NCBI GenBank assembly: GCA_001781175.1
Contig: MFKY01000048.1
Span: forward strand, 1 to 58,477
Length of the DNA stretch: 58,477 nt
Reading direction: 5' to 3'
Source of the DNA: Candidatus Kaiserbacteria bacterium RIFCSPHIGHO2_01_FULL_55_37
GTDB taxonomy: Bacteria > Patescibacteriota > Minisyncoccia > Phycocordibacterales > UBA2100
Shown here: piece by piece, positions 18,522 to 26,904 of the stretch
How the letters are laid out: each line of letters begins with the position of its first letter
Numbering within the stretch: the stretch's first letter is position 1
Notes under the pieces: model-generated
The model's input: only the letters and a program-made list of their open reading frames with translations
Told to the model about the DNA's origin: nothing
The model's database searches: none
Translations under genes and position numbers: made by a program

Positions 18522-20459
18522 ATGGAACCACTGCCACCATCCAACGATTCTGGACACGCCGGAGGCGCAACTCCCGGACCGCGCCGCACTCAGAGCCCCG
18601 CACGCCCGCACCACGCCCGCCCGGGGAGCCGCCCGCCATCCCGCCCCGCAGGAAGGCCGGGGACACGGACAGGCCGGCCGGCCAGACATTTCGGTCGTCC
18701 CAATCATCCGCCGCGCCGCGGAAAAACCCGCGTCGAGCACCAGGCGCCCTCCCAACGTAAACAAGCGGGCGCTCCCATTCCACCCCCCTCACCCGACACC
18801 GTGCGCATTATTCCTTTGGGCGGCGTCGAAGAGATAGGACGCAACATGACGGCCGTGGAATTCGGCGACGATATTTTCATCCTCGACTGCGGATTCGCCT
18901 TCTCCGAAGGAGAAACCCCGGGCATCGATTACATCCTGCCGAACACCGGCTACCTCGAGGAGCGCCGCGACAAGATCCGCGGTCTGCTCATCGGACACGG
19001 TCACCTCGACCACATCGGCGGCATCCCCTACATCATCGACCGCATCGGCAACCCGACCATCTACACGCGCAAACTTACGGGCATGATGATAAAGAAGCGC
19101 CAGGAAGAATTCACGCAGACATCGCCCGTGAACATCCGCGAAGTAGAGAGGGACGAAGTCATCAAGCTCGGCGCCGCGACGATACGATTTTTCGGCGTCA
19201 CGCACACAGTGCCTGATTCGATGGGCATCATCATCGAGACCCCGTGGGGCGACGTGGTGTATACCGGAGACATCAAGTTGAACCACCTCGACGGCGAGCC
19301 GTCGGCCGAGGAGAAGCGCGAATTCGGTATATTCAAGAACCGCAAAGTACTCGCCCTGCTCATGGACAGCACGAACGTCTGGCAGCCGGGATTCTCTATT
19401 CCTGAATCAACTGTCTACACCACTCTCGAAAAAATAATCAAAGATTCAAAAGGCCGGCTTGTTATCGCGATGTTCGCTTCCCACTTGGAGCGGCTCATCC
19501 GCGTCGTGCATTTTGCCGAGGAGTACGGCAAAAAAATCGTCATCGACGGACGCAGTATGCGCACCAACATCGAGATAGCGCGGGAAATAGGTATCATCAA
19601 ATACAAAGATGACACCGTCGTCGCCGTCGAGAACATGAATCAATATCCGCCGGAACGGCTCATCATCCTTGCGACAGGCGCTCAGGGAGACGAGTTCGCA
19701 TCGCTCGCCCGCATCGGCAACAAGACGCACAAATACATCCGTCTTCAGCCGACCGATACCGTCGTGCTCTCTTCGTCGGTCATTCCCGGCAACGAGCGCG
19801 CAGTGCAAAAGCTCAAAGACAACCTCTCGCGTCAGGGAGCACATATCATCACCTACCACGCCTCCGATGTGCATGCATCCGGCCACGGCAACCGCGAAGA
19901 AGCGGCATGGATACACAGCCAAATAAGGCCGAAATTCTTCATCCCCGTTCACGGGTATCACTACATGTTGCGTGTGCACGCCGACCTCGCCGTCGAAATG
20001 GGTGTCAAATCGGAGAACATTTGTATCCCCGACAACAGCTCCATCATTGAGATAAAAAATGCCGAGAAGATATTGAAGCATGCGCTCAAAGCACCTGCAG
20101 AACTGCGCGTCGTTGAAGGCACGACCGTCTCGGAACTCTCCGATGTCCTGATGCGTGACAGAAAAGCGCTCGGTCAGGAAGGCTTCTGTGTCGTCGTCGC
20201 GACGGTAGACCGTCGCACGGGCAAGCTCCACAAATCCCCCGACATCATCTCGCGCGGGTTCGTCTATCTGCGCGACAACAAAGACCTCATGGACCAGACG
20301 CGTCTCATCATCCGCAAATCAGTAGAGACGTCGCTGCGCAACCCGCGAGCCGCAGACCTCGACGCCGCAAGAGAAGACCTAGCCGACGCGGTTTCCCAAT
20401 TCCTGTTACAACGTACAATGAAAAGACCTATTGTTATCCCCGTAATAGTCAGTATCTAA
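18522..20459 (+). CDS. rnj: Ribonuclease J (beta-CASP metallo-beta-lactamase) with Arg/Pro-rich N-terminal extension
   Basis: IGHGHLDHIGGIPY, a beta-CASP region and HASGHG. About 90 aa of R/P-rich leader precede the conserved VRIIPLGG start. Confidence 0.9.
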   Translation: MEPLPPSNDSGHAGGATPGPRRTQSPARPHHARPGSRPPSRPAGRPGTRTGRPARHFGRPNHPPRRGKTRVEHQAPSQRKQAGAPIPPPSPDTVRIIPLGGVEEIGRNMTAVEFGDDIFILDCGFAFSEGETPGIDYILPNTGYLEERRDKIRGLLIGHGHLDHIGGIPYIIDRIGNPTIYTRKLTGMMIKKRQEEFTQTSPVNIREVERDEVIKLGAATIRFFGVTHTVPDSMGIIIETPWGDVVYTGDIKLNHLDGEPSAEEKREFGIFKNRKVLALLMDSTNVWQPGFSIPESTVYTTLEKIIKDSKGRLVIAMFASHLERLIRVVHFAEEYGKKIVIDGRSMRTNIEIAREIGIIKYKDDTVVAVENMNQYPPERLIILATGAQGDEFASLARIGNKTHKYIRLQPTDTVVLSSSVIPGNERAVQKLKDNLSRQGAHIITYHASDVHASGHGNREEAAWIHSQIRPKFFIPVHGYHYMLRVHADLAVEMGVKSENICIPDNSSIIEIKNAEKILKHALKAPAELRVVEGTTVSELSDVLMRDRKALGQEGFCVVVATVDRRTGKLHKSPDIISRGFVYLRDNKDLMDQTRLIIRKSVETSLRNPRAADLDAAREDLADAVSQFLLQRTMKRPIVIPVIVSI

Positions 20460-20472
20460 GCGCATCGACTTG

Positions 20473-20502
20473 CCCCGTTAGAAGCGAAGCTTTCTAATGG
20501 GG
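20473..20502 (+). repeat. Short-form CCCCG...CGGGG hairpin (family A)
   Basis: CCCCGTTAGAAGC-gaa-GCTTTCTAATGGGG forms about 13 bp with one G-U pair and one bulge. It starts 13 nt after the rnj stop. Confidence 0.75.
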
Positions 20503-20543
20503 TGAGGCGCCCTATCGTGATTCCGGTGATCGTCAGCGTTTGA
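20502..20543 (+). other. Ghost (recoded) copy of the RNase J C-terminal 13 codons plus stop
   Basis: GTG AGG CGC CCT ATC GTG ATT CCG GTG ATC GTC AGC GTT TGA = VRRPIVIPVIVSV*, in frame with rnj, which ends MKRPIVIPVIVSI*. Confidence 0.8.
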
Positions 20544-20621
20544 CATTGAACATTACATGTTATATAACGGTGTCCGGAGGCACGCCTCTGGTCAAAATTA
20601 ACTCTCACCCGGAGTTCGCAA

Positions 20622-20840
20622 ATGGATCCTTCGCAATTATCTTTGCTTACGCAAATACTGCTGCTGTTCGCTCTTGGCTCAGCGGCCTTCGCTGCATGGA
20701 GTTTGTGCGCCATAATTTGGCGCACGTCGGGCTTGATTCTCGCCAAGAAAGCGTATTGGGAACAAAAAGCTCGACACATGCAACTTACGGCCGACGCGCG
20801 CGAGAAGCAAACGTCAAGCGACGGAAAACCCAAAGGCTAA
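20622..20840 (+). CDS. Small single-pass membrane protein (72 aa), hypothetical
   Basis: GGAG lies 7 nt upstream of the ATG. The protein has a TM helix LLTQILLLFALGSAAFAAWSLCAIIW and a charged tail, and a terminator follows. Confidence 0.45.
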   Translation: MDPSQLSLLTQILLLFALGSAAFAAWSLCAIIWRTSGLILAKKAYWEQKARHMQLTADAREKQTSSDGKPKG

Positions 20841-20887
20841 CTCGCTGACAATTTCCTGTTCTGAGAAGCGCGCTGGCAGCTATATCT

Positions 20888-20925
20888 GCGGCAAGGCGGC
20901 AAGACCTCCTTGCCGCTTTGCTTTA
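20888..20925 (+). terminator. Rho-independent terminator
   Basis: GCGGCAAGG / CCTTGCCGC 9-bp stem followed by TTTGCTTTA. Confidence 0.6.
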
Positions 20926-20938
20926 TATAGTATCCATA

Positions 20939-20970
20939 TTCCTTATTCTCGCGGCCGCGGCAATAAGGAA
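20939..20970 (-). terminator. Hairpin directly after the MutY-like gene
   Basis: TTCCTTATT ... AATAAGGAA arms enclose the CGCGGCCGCG palindrome, 3 nt from the stop codon. Confidence 0.5.
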
Positions 20971-20972
20971 CA

Positions 20973-21839
20973 TCAGGCAATCCGCCACCCTGGCCGGGCA
21001 GGCTTCCTCTTTTCCTTCACGATAAGCCCATCGCGCGCGAGCCCTTCCAACGCCTTCCCTGCTATTCGCTTATTCGCGCGAATTAGAGAATAGAGAGTTA
21101 ACGCTGTTTTCGAACCGGAATGCAATTCGCGCAAAATGGTCCCGCGGACTTGGCGAAGCGAACCTTCGAATTTTGATTGCTTCGTGTAATGCGCACTGCG
21201 GTGGTTGTTGCGGACGCCTGACCGTTTGAGGTATGCGCCATAATCCATAAGCGCCCAATGCCACTTTCTTGGGTCTTGCCCCTCTGCCGCCTCCGTTACG
21301 ACCGGCAACAAAGCCGCATCTGCTATTGCAGTCTTTTGCAAAACACTAGAATAGAAGTGGTGGATGAAAGCGGCGCGGATGTTGGTTTCGATGAGCATAT
21401 CGGGTTCGTTGTATGCGAACACGCGCACGGCCGACGCGGTGTACGGACCAATTCCCTTGTACTTATCTAGGACGACCGCATTAGATAAGTACGGACGCTC
21501 ATGGTCGCGAATGATTGCTTTTGCCGCGTCGTGCAGGTACTTCGCCCGCCTGTTGTAGCCGAGCCCGCTCCACGCTTTCAACACATCCGCGAGTGACGCT
21601 TTGGCGAGCGCGTGAACGGTCGGGAACTTTCTCAAGAATTCTTTGTACTTTTCGATGACACGCGGCACCTGCGTTTGTTGTAGCATCACTTCGGAAACAA
21701 GAATGCGGTACGGGTCTTTTGTTTTCCGCCACGGTAAATCATGTCGTCCGTGCGCTTTCCAGTATTGCCAAACAGTTTGTCGGAACTTAAGGATCCGACT
21801 AGAGCTCATAGACAACATCCTTTCTTTCAACAACGACAT
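20973..21839 (-). CDS. MutY-like HhH-GPD DNA glycosylase, lacking the Fe-S cluster cysteines and the NUDIX-like domain
   Basis: VSEVMLQQTQVPRVI...AWSGLGYNRRAKYL is MutY-type HhH-GPD. There is no C-x6-C-x2-C-x5-C motif. The 5' end overlaps the next gene, so the start may be an internal Met. Confidence 0.75.
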   Translation of the reverse strand: MSLLKERMLSMSSSRILKFRQTVWQYWKAHGRHDLPWRKTKDPYRILVSEVMLQQTQVPRVIEKYKEFLRKFPTVHALAKASLADVLKAWSGLGYNRRAKYLHDAAKAIIRDHERPYLSNAVVLDKYKGIGPYTASAVRVFAYNEPDMLIETNIRAAFIHHFYSSVLQKTAIADAALLPVVTEAAEGQDPRKWHWALMDYGAYLKRSGVRNNHRSAHYTKQSKFEGSLRQVRGTILRELHSGSKTALTLYSLIRANKRIAGKALEGLARDGLIVKEKRKPARPGWRIA

Positions 21840-22491
21840 CCCATTTCATACGTTTGGCATAGCGATAGAGTTTTGAATTCGGATTGAAGCAAATCGGCTT
21901 CGCTACCATTTCGAGGAATGGGATGTCCGTCTCGGTGTCCCCCACCCCTATCGAGTGCTGGAGCGTCAAGTTTTCCTTTTCGACGGCGCGGCGGACGATG
22001 GCGGCTTTATTGAGTATCAGATGTTCTTCAACGATATTTCCCGTAAAGCATTCTTGCGGCCCCAGCTCGTAGAGCATGCCGTACGTTTTGTCGAATCCGA
22101 GACGCGGACAAAATTTGTCCAGTACCGTCTTTGGCGAGTGCGATACGGCGAGCAGGAAGTGGCCGCGCTTCTTGAGATCCTTCAGGAGATCCCGCGTATA
22201 CCGGTACACGCGCTTCGACTGCTCGTCAACGACCTCCTCTGCGGCGTCGGCAAGCGCGCTGTAATGCACACCCTTTAAATGTTTAACGAACGCTCTCACG
22301 ACAGCGCCTATGTATTCGTCGTAATCGCCCTCACGGTTGAGCCACCGCTCGTATTCGCGCTCATATACGCGGCGCGTCGACGGCGGAAAAACCTCTTTTT
22401 CGATGAGCCGGTTAACGACTTGGATGAGAAGACTTGAACGAAAGATGGTGCCGTCCACGTCGAATATCGCAACACGCCGCTTCTCTTTCAT
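21799..22491 (-). CDS. HAD-IB family hydrolase (SerB-like phosphatase)
   Basis: VAIFDVDGTIF (motif I) and GVGDTETDIPFLE (motif IV). Confidence 0.8.
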   Translation of the reverse strand: MKEKRRVAIFDVDGTIFRSSLLIQVVNRLIEKEVFPPSTRRVYEREYERWLNREGDYDEYIGAVVRAFVKHLKGVHYSALADAAEEVVDEQSKRVYRYTRDLLKDLKKRGHFLLAVSHSPKTVLDKFCPRLGFDKTYGMLYELGPQECFTGNIVEEHLILNKAAIVRRAVEKENLTLQHSIGVGDTETDIPFLEMVAKPICFNPNSKLYRYAKRMKWDVVVERKDVVYEL

Positions 22492-22557
22492 GCAGTCATA
22501 CTACCGCCACGCGCGACTCATGGCGAGGGCGTCATTAATTTAGTATTCTGGGGCTTA

Positions 22558-23823
22558 ATGGTGCAACAAATAAAGACCGCCCTTCATTTCACCGTAGCCC
22601 GATATTTCAGGTTTTTCGCCCGTATCCGCCTGCGGAGGTGGGACCCGCACGTCGTCCTTATTACCGGCTCCAACGGGAAGACCGTCTGCTTGCATCTCAC
22701 CGAAGCACAGATCGGTGCGAGTGCGAGATATTCGCACCATGCCAACAGCGCCTTCGGAGTCCCCTTCGATATCTTGGGATTGAAGCGCTCCAGCTTCTCG
22801 CTCGTAGAGTGGATTTGGCTTGCCTTCGCGGCACCGCTTGTGGCGTGGAAGAAACCTTACGACGAAAAGATATACGTCGTGGAGGTGGACGGCGACAGGC
22901 CGGGTGAGGGCGATTTTTTGGGCTCGCTTTTGCGCCCCGAGGTAAGCGTTTGCCTGAGCGTCGCGCGTACGCACAGCATGCTCTTTGAGAAAACTGTGAA
23001 CAACGGTCCGTTCAGGAGCATCGACGAAGCAATAGCGTATGAATTCGGAGGCTTCATAGAGCACACGACGCGACTCGCTATCGTGAATGCCGACAGCCCC
23101 CTCATCACCCGGCAGTTGCACCGGACGCGTGCCAAAGTCCACGAGATGAAAGAGGAAGAGCTGCTCGTGAGTCACGCCGTCAGCACAAGCGGCAGTGAAT
23201 TCAATATCGGCGGAATAGCGTATCGCACACCATTCTTGCTCCCCAGAGAAACGTTCTATGCGATTGCCGCGTCCGTCAAAATCGCCGACTATTTCGGCGT
23301 GCAACCGGGCGACCTCTCGGGGCTCACGATGCCTCCGGGCAGAAGCTCGTTATTCCGCGGGATTAAGAACACGACCATCGTAGATAGCAGTTACAACGCG
23401 AACGTGGATTCTGTCGCTGCGATAGTACGCATGGCGGAGAAATTGCCCGGAGAAAAATGGCTGGTGCTCGGCGATCTCACCGAGCAGGGCGGGTTTGAGA
23501 AAGAGGAACATGAGCGGCTTGCGCAAATTCTTAATACGATCGACCTCACGCGCATCATTATGGTGGGGCCCCGCATGCGCGCATACACCAAGCCCGCGCT
23601 CGATGCCGCAGGCTTCGGCGGAGTCACCGAATCGTTCATCAACCCGAAGGAGGCGCTACAATACCTCGCATCTGAAATACGCGGCGGAGAAATAATTGTC
23701 TTTAAAGGCGCGCGGTTTTTGGAGGGTATCATAGAGAACCTGCTTCTGGATGAAGACGACGCGGCGAAGTTGTGCCGGCGCGAAAAAGTATGGGAGAAAC
23801 GCAGAAAGAATTTTGGACTATGA
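22558..23823 (+). CDS. Mur ligase family protein (MurF-like)
   Basis: P-loop ITGSNGKT, VDSSYNANVDS, and a C-terminal Mur ligase domain. First gene of a three-gene plus-strand operon. Confidence 0.75.
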   Translation: MVQQIKTALHFTVARYFRFFARIRLRRWDPHVVLITGSNGKTVCLHLTEAQIGASARYSHHANSAFGVPFDILGLKRSSFSLVEWIWLAFAAPLVAWKKPYDEKIYVVEVDGDRPGEGDFLGSLLRPEVSVCLSVARTHSMLFEKTVNNGPFRSIDEAIAYEFGGFIEHTTRLAIVNADSPLITRQLHRTRAKVHEMKEEELLVSHAVSTSGSEFNIGGIAYRTPFLLPRETFYAIAASVKIADYFGVQPGDLSGLTMPPGRSSLFRGIKNTTIVDSSYNANVDSVAAIVRMAEKLPGEKWLVLGDLTEQGGFEKEEHERLAQILNTIDLTRIIMVGPRMRAYTKPALDAAGFGGVTESFINPKEALQYLASEIRGGEIIVFKGARFLEGIIENLLLDEDDAAKLCRREKVWEKRRKNFGL

Positions 23824-23881
23824 ATCCCGCCCTTTCATATATTTTTTGCATGAAAACCATTACCGGTATAGAAAGAGTGGG

Positions 23882-24568
23882 ATGAAAATGTTTATCTTGC
23901 ATGGGTGGACGTATCAGACCGACACCTGGCGGCCCCTTTTGGAGATACTTTCCTCCCGCGGCGTCGATTACGAATTCCTCCTTATTCCCGGGCTTACGGA
24001 CGGCACAAATCCCGTGTGGACCATGGAAGATTACGTGAAATGGCTGGAAGAGAAAACGGCCGCTCATGACAAAGTCGTACTCTACGGACATTCCAACGGC
24101 GGACGCATCTCGCTCGCGTTCACGGCGAAACATCCCGAAAAAGTCGCACGTCTCATACTCGAAGACAGCTCCGGTATTCCGCCGACCGGACTGCGCCGTT
24201 TCAAGAGAGACTTCTTCAGAGTAGTATCCAAGGTCGGGCATGTACTTACGCGTTCGGAAACGATGCGGGATCTTGTGTACAAAGTGATACGCGAGAACGA
24301 CTACCGCGCCGCAACCCCTGAAATGAGAAAGACCATGGCGAATCTTATGACTACTGACCTCTCCCTTGTCCTGAACAAGATACAGTGTCCGACGTTTATC
24401 ATCTGGGGTGAGGGCGACGCGACGACGCCGCTTTCCGCAGGTAAAACGATACACGAAGGTGTTCGCGGCTCGCGGATGGTCACCGTCCCCGGCGCGCGGC
24501 ACTCGCCGCATATCACTCATCCCGAAAAGGTCGCCGAGCTGCTTGTAAGCGAGCTCTCAATGCAATGA
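23882..24568 (+). CDS. Alpha/beta hydrolase
   Basis: MKMFILHGW start, nucleophile elbow GHSNGG, C-terminal GARHSPH. Its stop overlaps the next start (ATGA). Confidence 0.8.
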   Translation: MKMFILHGWTYQTDTWRPLLEILSSRGVDYEFLLIPGLTDGTNPVWTMEDYVKWLEEKTAAHDKVVLYGHSNGGRISLAFTAKHPEKVARLILEDSSGIPPTGLRRFKRDFFRVVSKVGHVLTRSETMRDLVYKVIRENDYRAATPEMRKTMANLMTTDLSLVLNKIQCPTFIIWGEGDATTPLSAGKTIHEGVRGSRMVTVPGARHSPHITHPEKVAELLVSELSMQ

Positions 24569-26784
24569 GTACGTTCAATTCACTTGGTTCGAATCACACT
24601 TTTTCTTCCGCTCTTCGGATACTTTTCGCCGGCGGCGGGGCTTCCGCCAAGAAGCGTCTGACGGAATACCTGGAAACGCGTTATGGCGGCCGGGCAATTC
24701 TCATGTACAAAGGCCGCGAAGCCTTGCGGTTGGCGCTTTCTTCTGTCCCTGAAAATGCCGCTGTCGCTATCAACGGCTATACCTGCTGGGCCGTGTATCA
24801 GGCGGTTCAGGAGAGCGGTCACACATGCCACTATCTCGATATTTCCGACACGTCACTCAACTTCTCCGCACAAATATTGCGGGAAGCACTTACATCAAAC
24901 CCGGCCATCAAGGCGGTGGTCATTCAAAACACGCTCGGCCTTCCGTGTGATATAGAAGGAATAGCTTCGTTGTGTAGGGAGCGCGGACTCGTGCTGATAG
25001 AAGACGTCGCGCATTCTATCGGCACAACGTACGCAAACGGAGCGGAAGCCGGAACAGTCGGAGACTTCGTCATTCTTTCGTTCAGCCAGGACAAAGTGAT
25101 AGACGCGGTCGCGGGTGGCGCACTCATCATTCGTAATAAGAAATATCAGGAAATGACCGCGCTTCCAAAAAAAGTCCCCCTTACACAACAACTCAAAGAC
25201 CGCCTGTACCCGCTGCTCGCCTGGAAAATTCGGGCAGCACATTCTCTGTACATCGGTGCGATTGTTCACGGTTTATTCCGCGGCCTTCGCATCCTCTCGC
25301 GGCCGCTTCCCGATGCCGGCTCCAGCGATGCCCACGAACTCCCGTCGTGGTACTGCACAGAAATACTGCGTCAATATTCGACCTTGGAGAAAATTACGCA
25401 GCACAGGCGCGAGATTGCAGCGGTGTATGCGGGAGTCATAGACAAAAGTCTGCTTGTATCCGAAGATGTCGCTCTTCTTGCGCGGTCTACTAATCTCCGA
25501 TTCCCCATCCTCTTTGAACAACGTGATGACCTCATCGAATACCTGAAAGCGAGGAATGTGTACGTCGGCGACGTCTGGTATGACGCACCGGTGGGACCGA
25601 AACGATTCTTGAACCGCACTGATTACCGGGGACAGTGCCCTACCGCGGAGAAAATTGCCCGGATGATGGTAAACCTGCCGACACATATCAACATATCAGT
25701 CGCGGATGCGGAGAACATTGCGATGCACGTGAACCAATGGCTCCGGTCAGAAGGAAGCAACGAGTATCCGGTGCAGCTCATTCAAGATGAAGAGGTTTGG
25801 GAAAAATTCTTGAGCAAACAACAACCGCATAGTTTTTTACACTCTTGGAAGTGGGGTCAACATTACGAACAGACGGGTTCTAAAATATTCCGCGCCGGTG
25901 TCTACCAAGACGAGACATTGGTGGGGATCGGATTGTTCATAAAGATAGGTGCGCGGCGCGGAACATTTCTGGTATGTCCGCACGGTCCCGTAATCTCGAG
26001 GGCGGCGGACGAAGAGCCGACTCTCTCCGAACTCGTGCGTTACTCAACCCACATCGCACGCGAAGAAAAGTGCGATTTCATCCGCTTTTGCCCCCTCTCG
26101 GAAGCGAACGATGCGAATAAGGCGATGTACCGGCGCCTTGGTTTCCGCGACGCGCCGATACACATGCATCCGGAAATTTCGTGGATGCTCGACATAACGA
26201 AGCCGGAAGACGTGCTTCTCAAAGAGATGCGCAAAACGACCCGCTACCTCATTAAGAAAATGGAAAGGGAAGGAGTGGAAATTACCCAGAGCTCCGATCC
26301 GGCAGATATGGAACAATTCGCCTCGGTCTATTCGGCAACTGTGCAGAGACAACAATTCACTCCCTTTAGCAAAGAATACCTGAAGACAGAATTTGAATTA
26401 TTCAGCCAAGGCGGTCAGGCCGTATTCTTCTTCGGGAAATACCGTGGTGAGCTCACCGCTGCGGCGATAATTATTTTTTACAACGGACAAGCTTTCTACC
26501 ATCACAGCGGCTCGCTCCAAAAGTTCAACGACATCAACGCCTCTTACCTTCTCCAGTGGCGGGTCATTCAGGAAGCAAAGAAGCGCGGCTGCACACTCTA
26601 CAATTTCTGGGGTATATCGCCGGACAATAAGCCGAAACACGCATGGGCGGGCCTTTCGCTCTTCAAGAAGGGCTTCGGCGGCTTCGCTGAAGCGTATCTG
26701 CATGCGCAAGACATGCCACTCACCGCCAAATATTGGCTCAACTACGGCATTGAAACCGTGCGCCGCATCCGTAGACGGCTCTAA
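24565..26784 (+). CDS. Fusion protein: DegT/DnrJ/EryC1-type PLP aminotransferase (N) + FemAB-family peptidyltransferase (C)
   Basis: N-terminal half: LIEDVAHSIG...ILSFSQDKVIDAVAGGALI (PLP-Lys context). C-terminal half from ~25780: FLHSWKWGQHYE...YHHSGS...NASYLLQWRVIQEAKKRGCTLYNFWGI (FemX-like). Confidence 0.8.
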   Translation: MSTFNSLGSNHTFSSALRILFAGGGASAKKRLTEYLETRYGGRAILMYKGREALRLALSSVPENAAVAINGYTCWAVYQAVQESGHTCHYLDISDTSLNFSAQILREALTSNPAIKAVVIQNTLGLPCDIEGIASLCRERGLVLIEDVAHSIGTTYANGAEAGTVGDFVILSFSQDKVIDAVAGGALIIRNKKYQEMTALPKKVPLTQQLKDRLYPLLAWKIRAAHSLYIGAIVHGLFRGLRILSRPLPDAGSSDAHELPSWYCTEILRQYSTLEKITQHRREIAAVYAGVIDKSLLVSEDVALLARSTNLRFPILFEQRDDLIEYLKARNVYVGDVWYDAPVGPKRFLNRTDYRGQCPTAEKIARMMVNLPTHINISVADAENIAMHVNQWLRSEGSNEYPVQLIQDEEVWEKFLSKQQPHSFLHSWKWGQHYEQTGSKIFRAGVYQDETLVGIGLFIKIGARRGTFLVCPHGPVISRAADEEPTLSELVRYSTHIAREEKCDFIRFCPLSEANDANKAMYRRLGFRDAPIHMHPEISWMLDITKPEDVLLKEMRKTTRYLIKKMEREGVEITQSSDPADMEQFASVYSATVQRQQFTPFSKEYLKTEFELFSQGGQAVFFFGKYRGELTAAAIIIFYNGQAFYHHSGSLQKFNDINASYLLQWRVIQEAKKRGCTLYNFWGISPDNKPKHAWAGLSLFKKGFGGFAEAYLHAQDMPLTAKYWLNYGIETVRRIRRRL

Positions 26785-26805
26785 ACCTGTACAAAACCAG
26801 GGGTA

Positions 26806-26834
26806 TTGCTTTTTGCAATATAGTGTGCTATGAT
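26806..26834 (+). promoter_or_regulatory. Promoter of the XRE regulator gene
   Basis: TTGCTT, a 17-nt spacer, then TATGAT preceded by TGc (extended -10). Confidence 0.5.
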
Positions 26835-26904
26835 ACGAGAGATCGGAAGACTCCGACACCGGCTCAGTGAGCCGTTTTTTGTTCCAACAAGAGGTAACGC
26901 CACC

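Noticed and set aside
20418-20543. The ghost tails as template/variable repeat pairs of a diversity-generating retroelement
   Set aside because: Differences between the copies are not adenine-specific, the changes are silent rather than diversifying, and no reverse transcriptase ORF is in the window.
22555-24520. Minus-strand ORFs of 249 and 263 aa
   Set aside because: They are antisense to the Mur ligase and alpha/beta hydrolase genes, both of which carry clear catalytic motifs.
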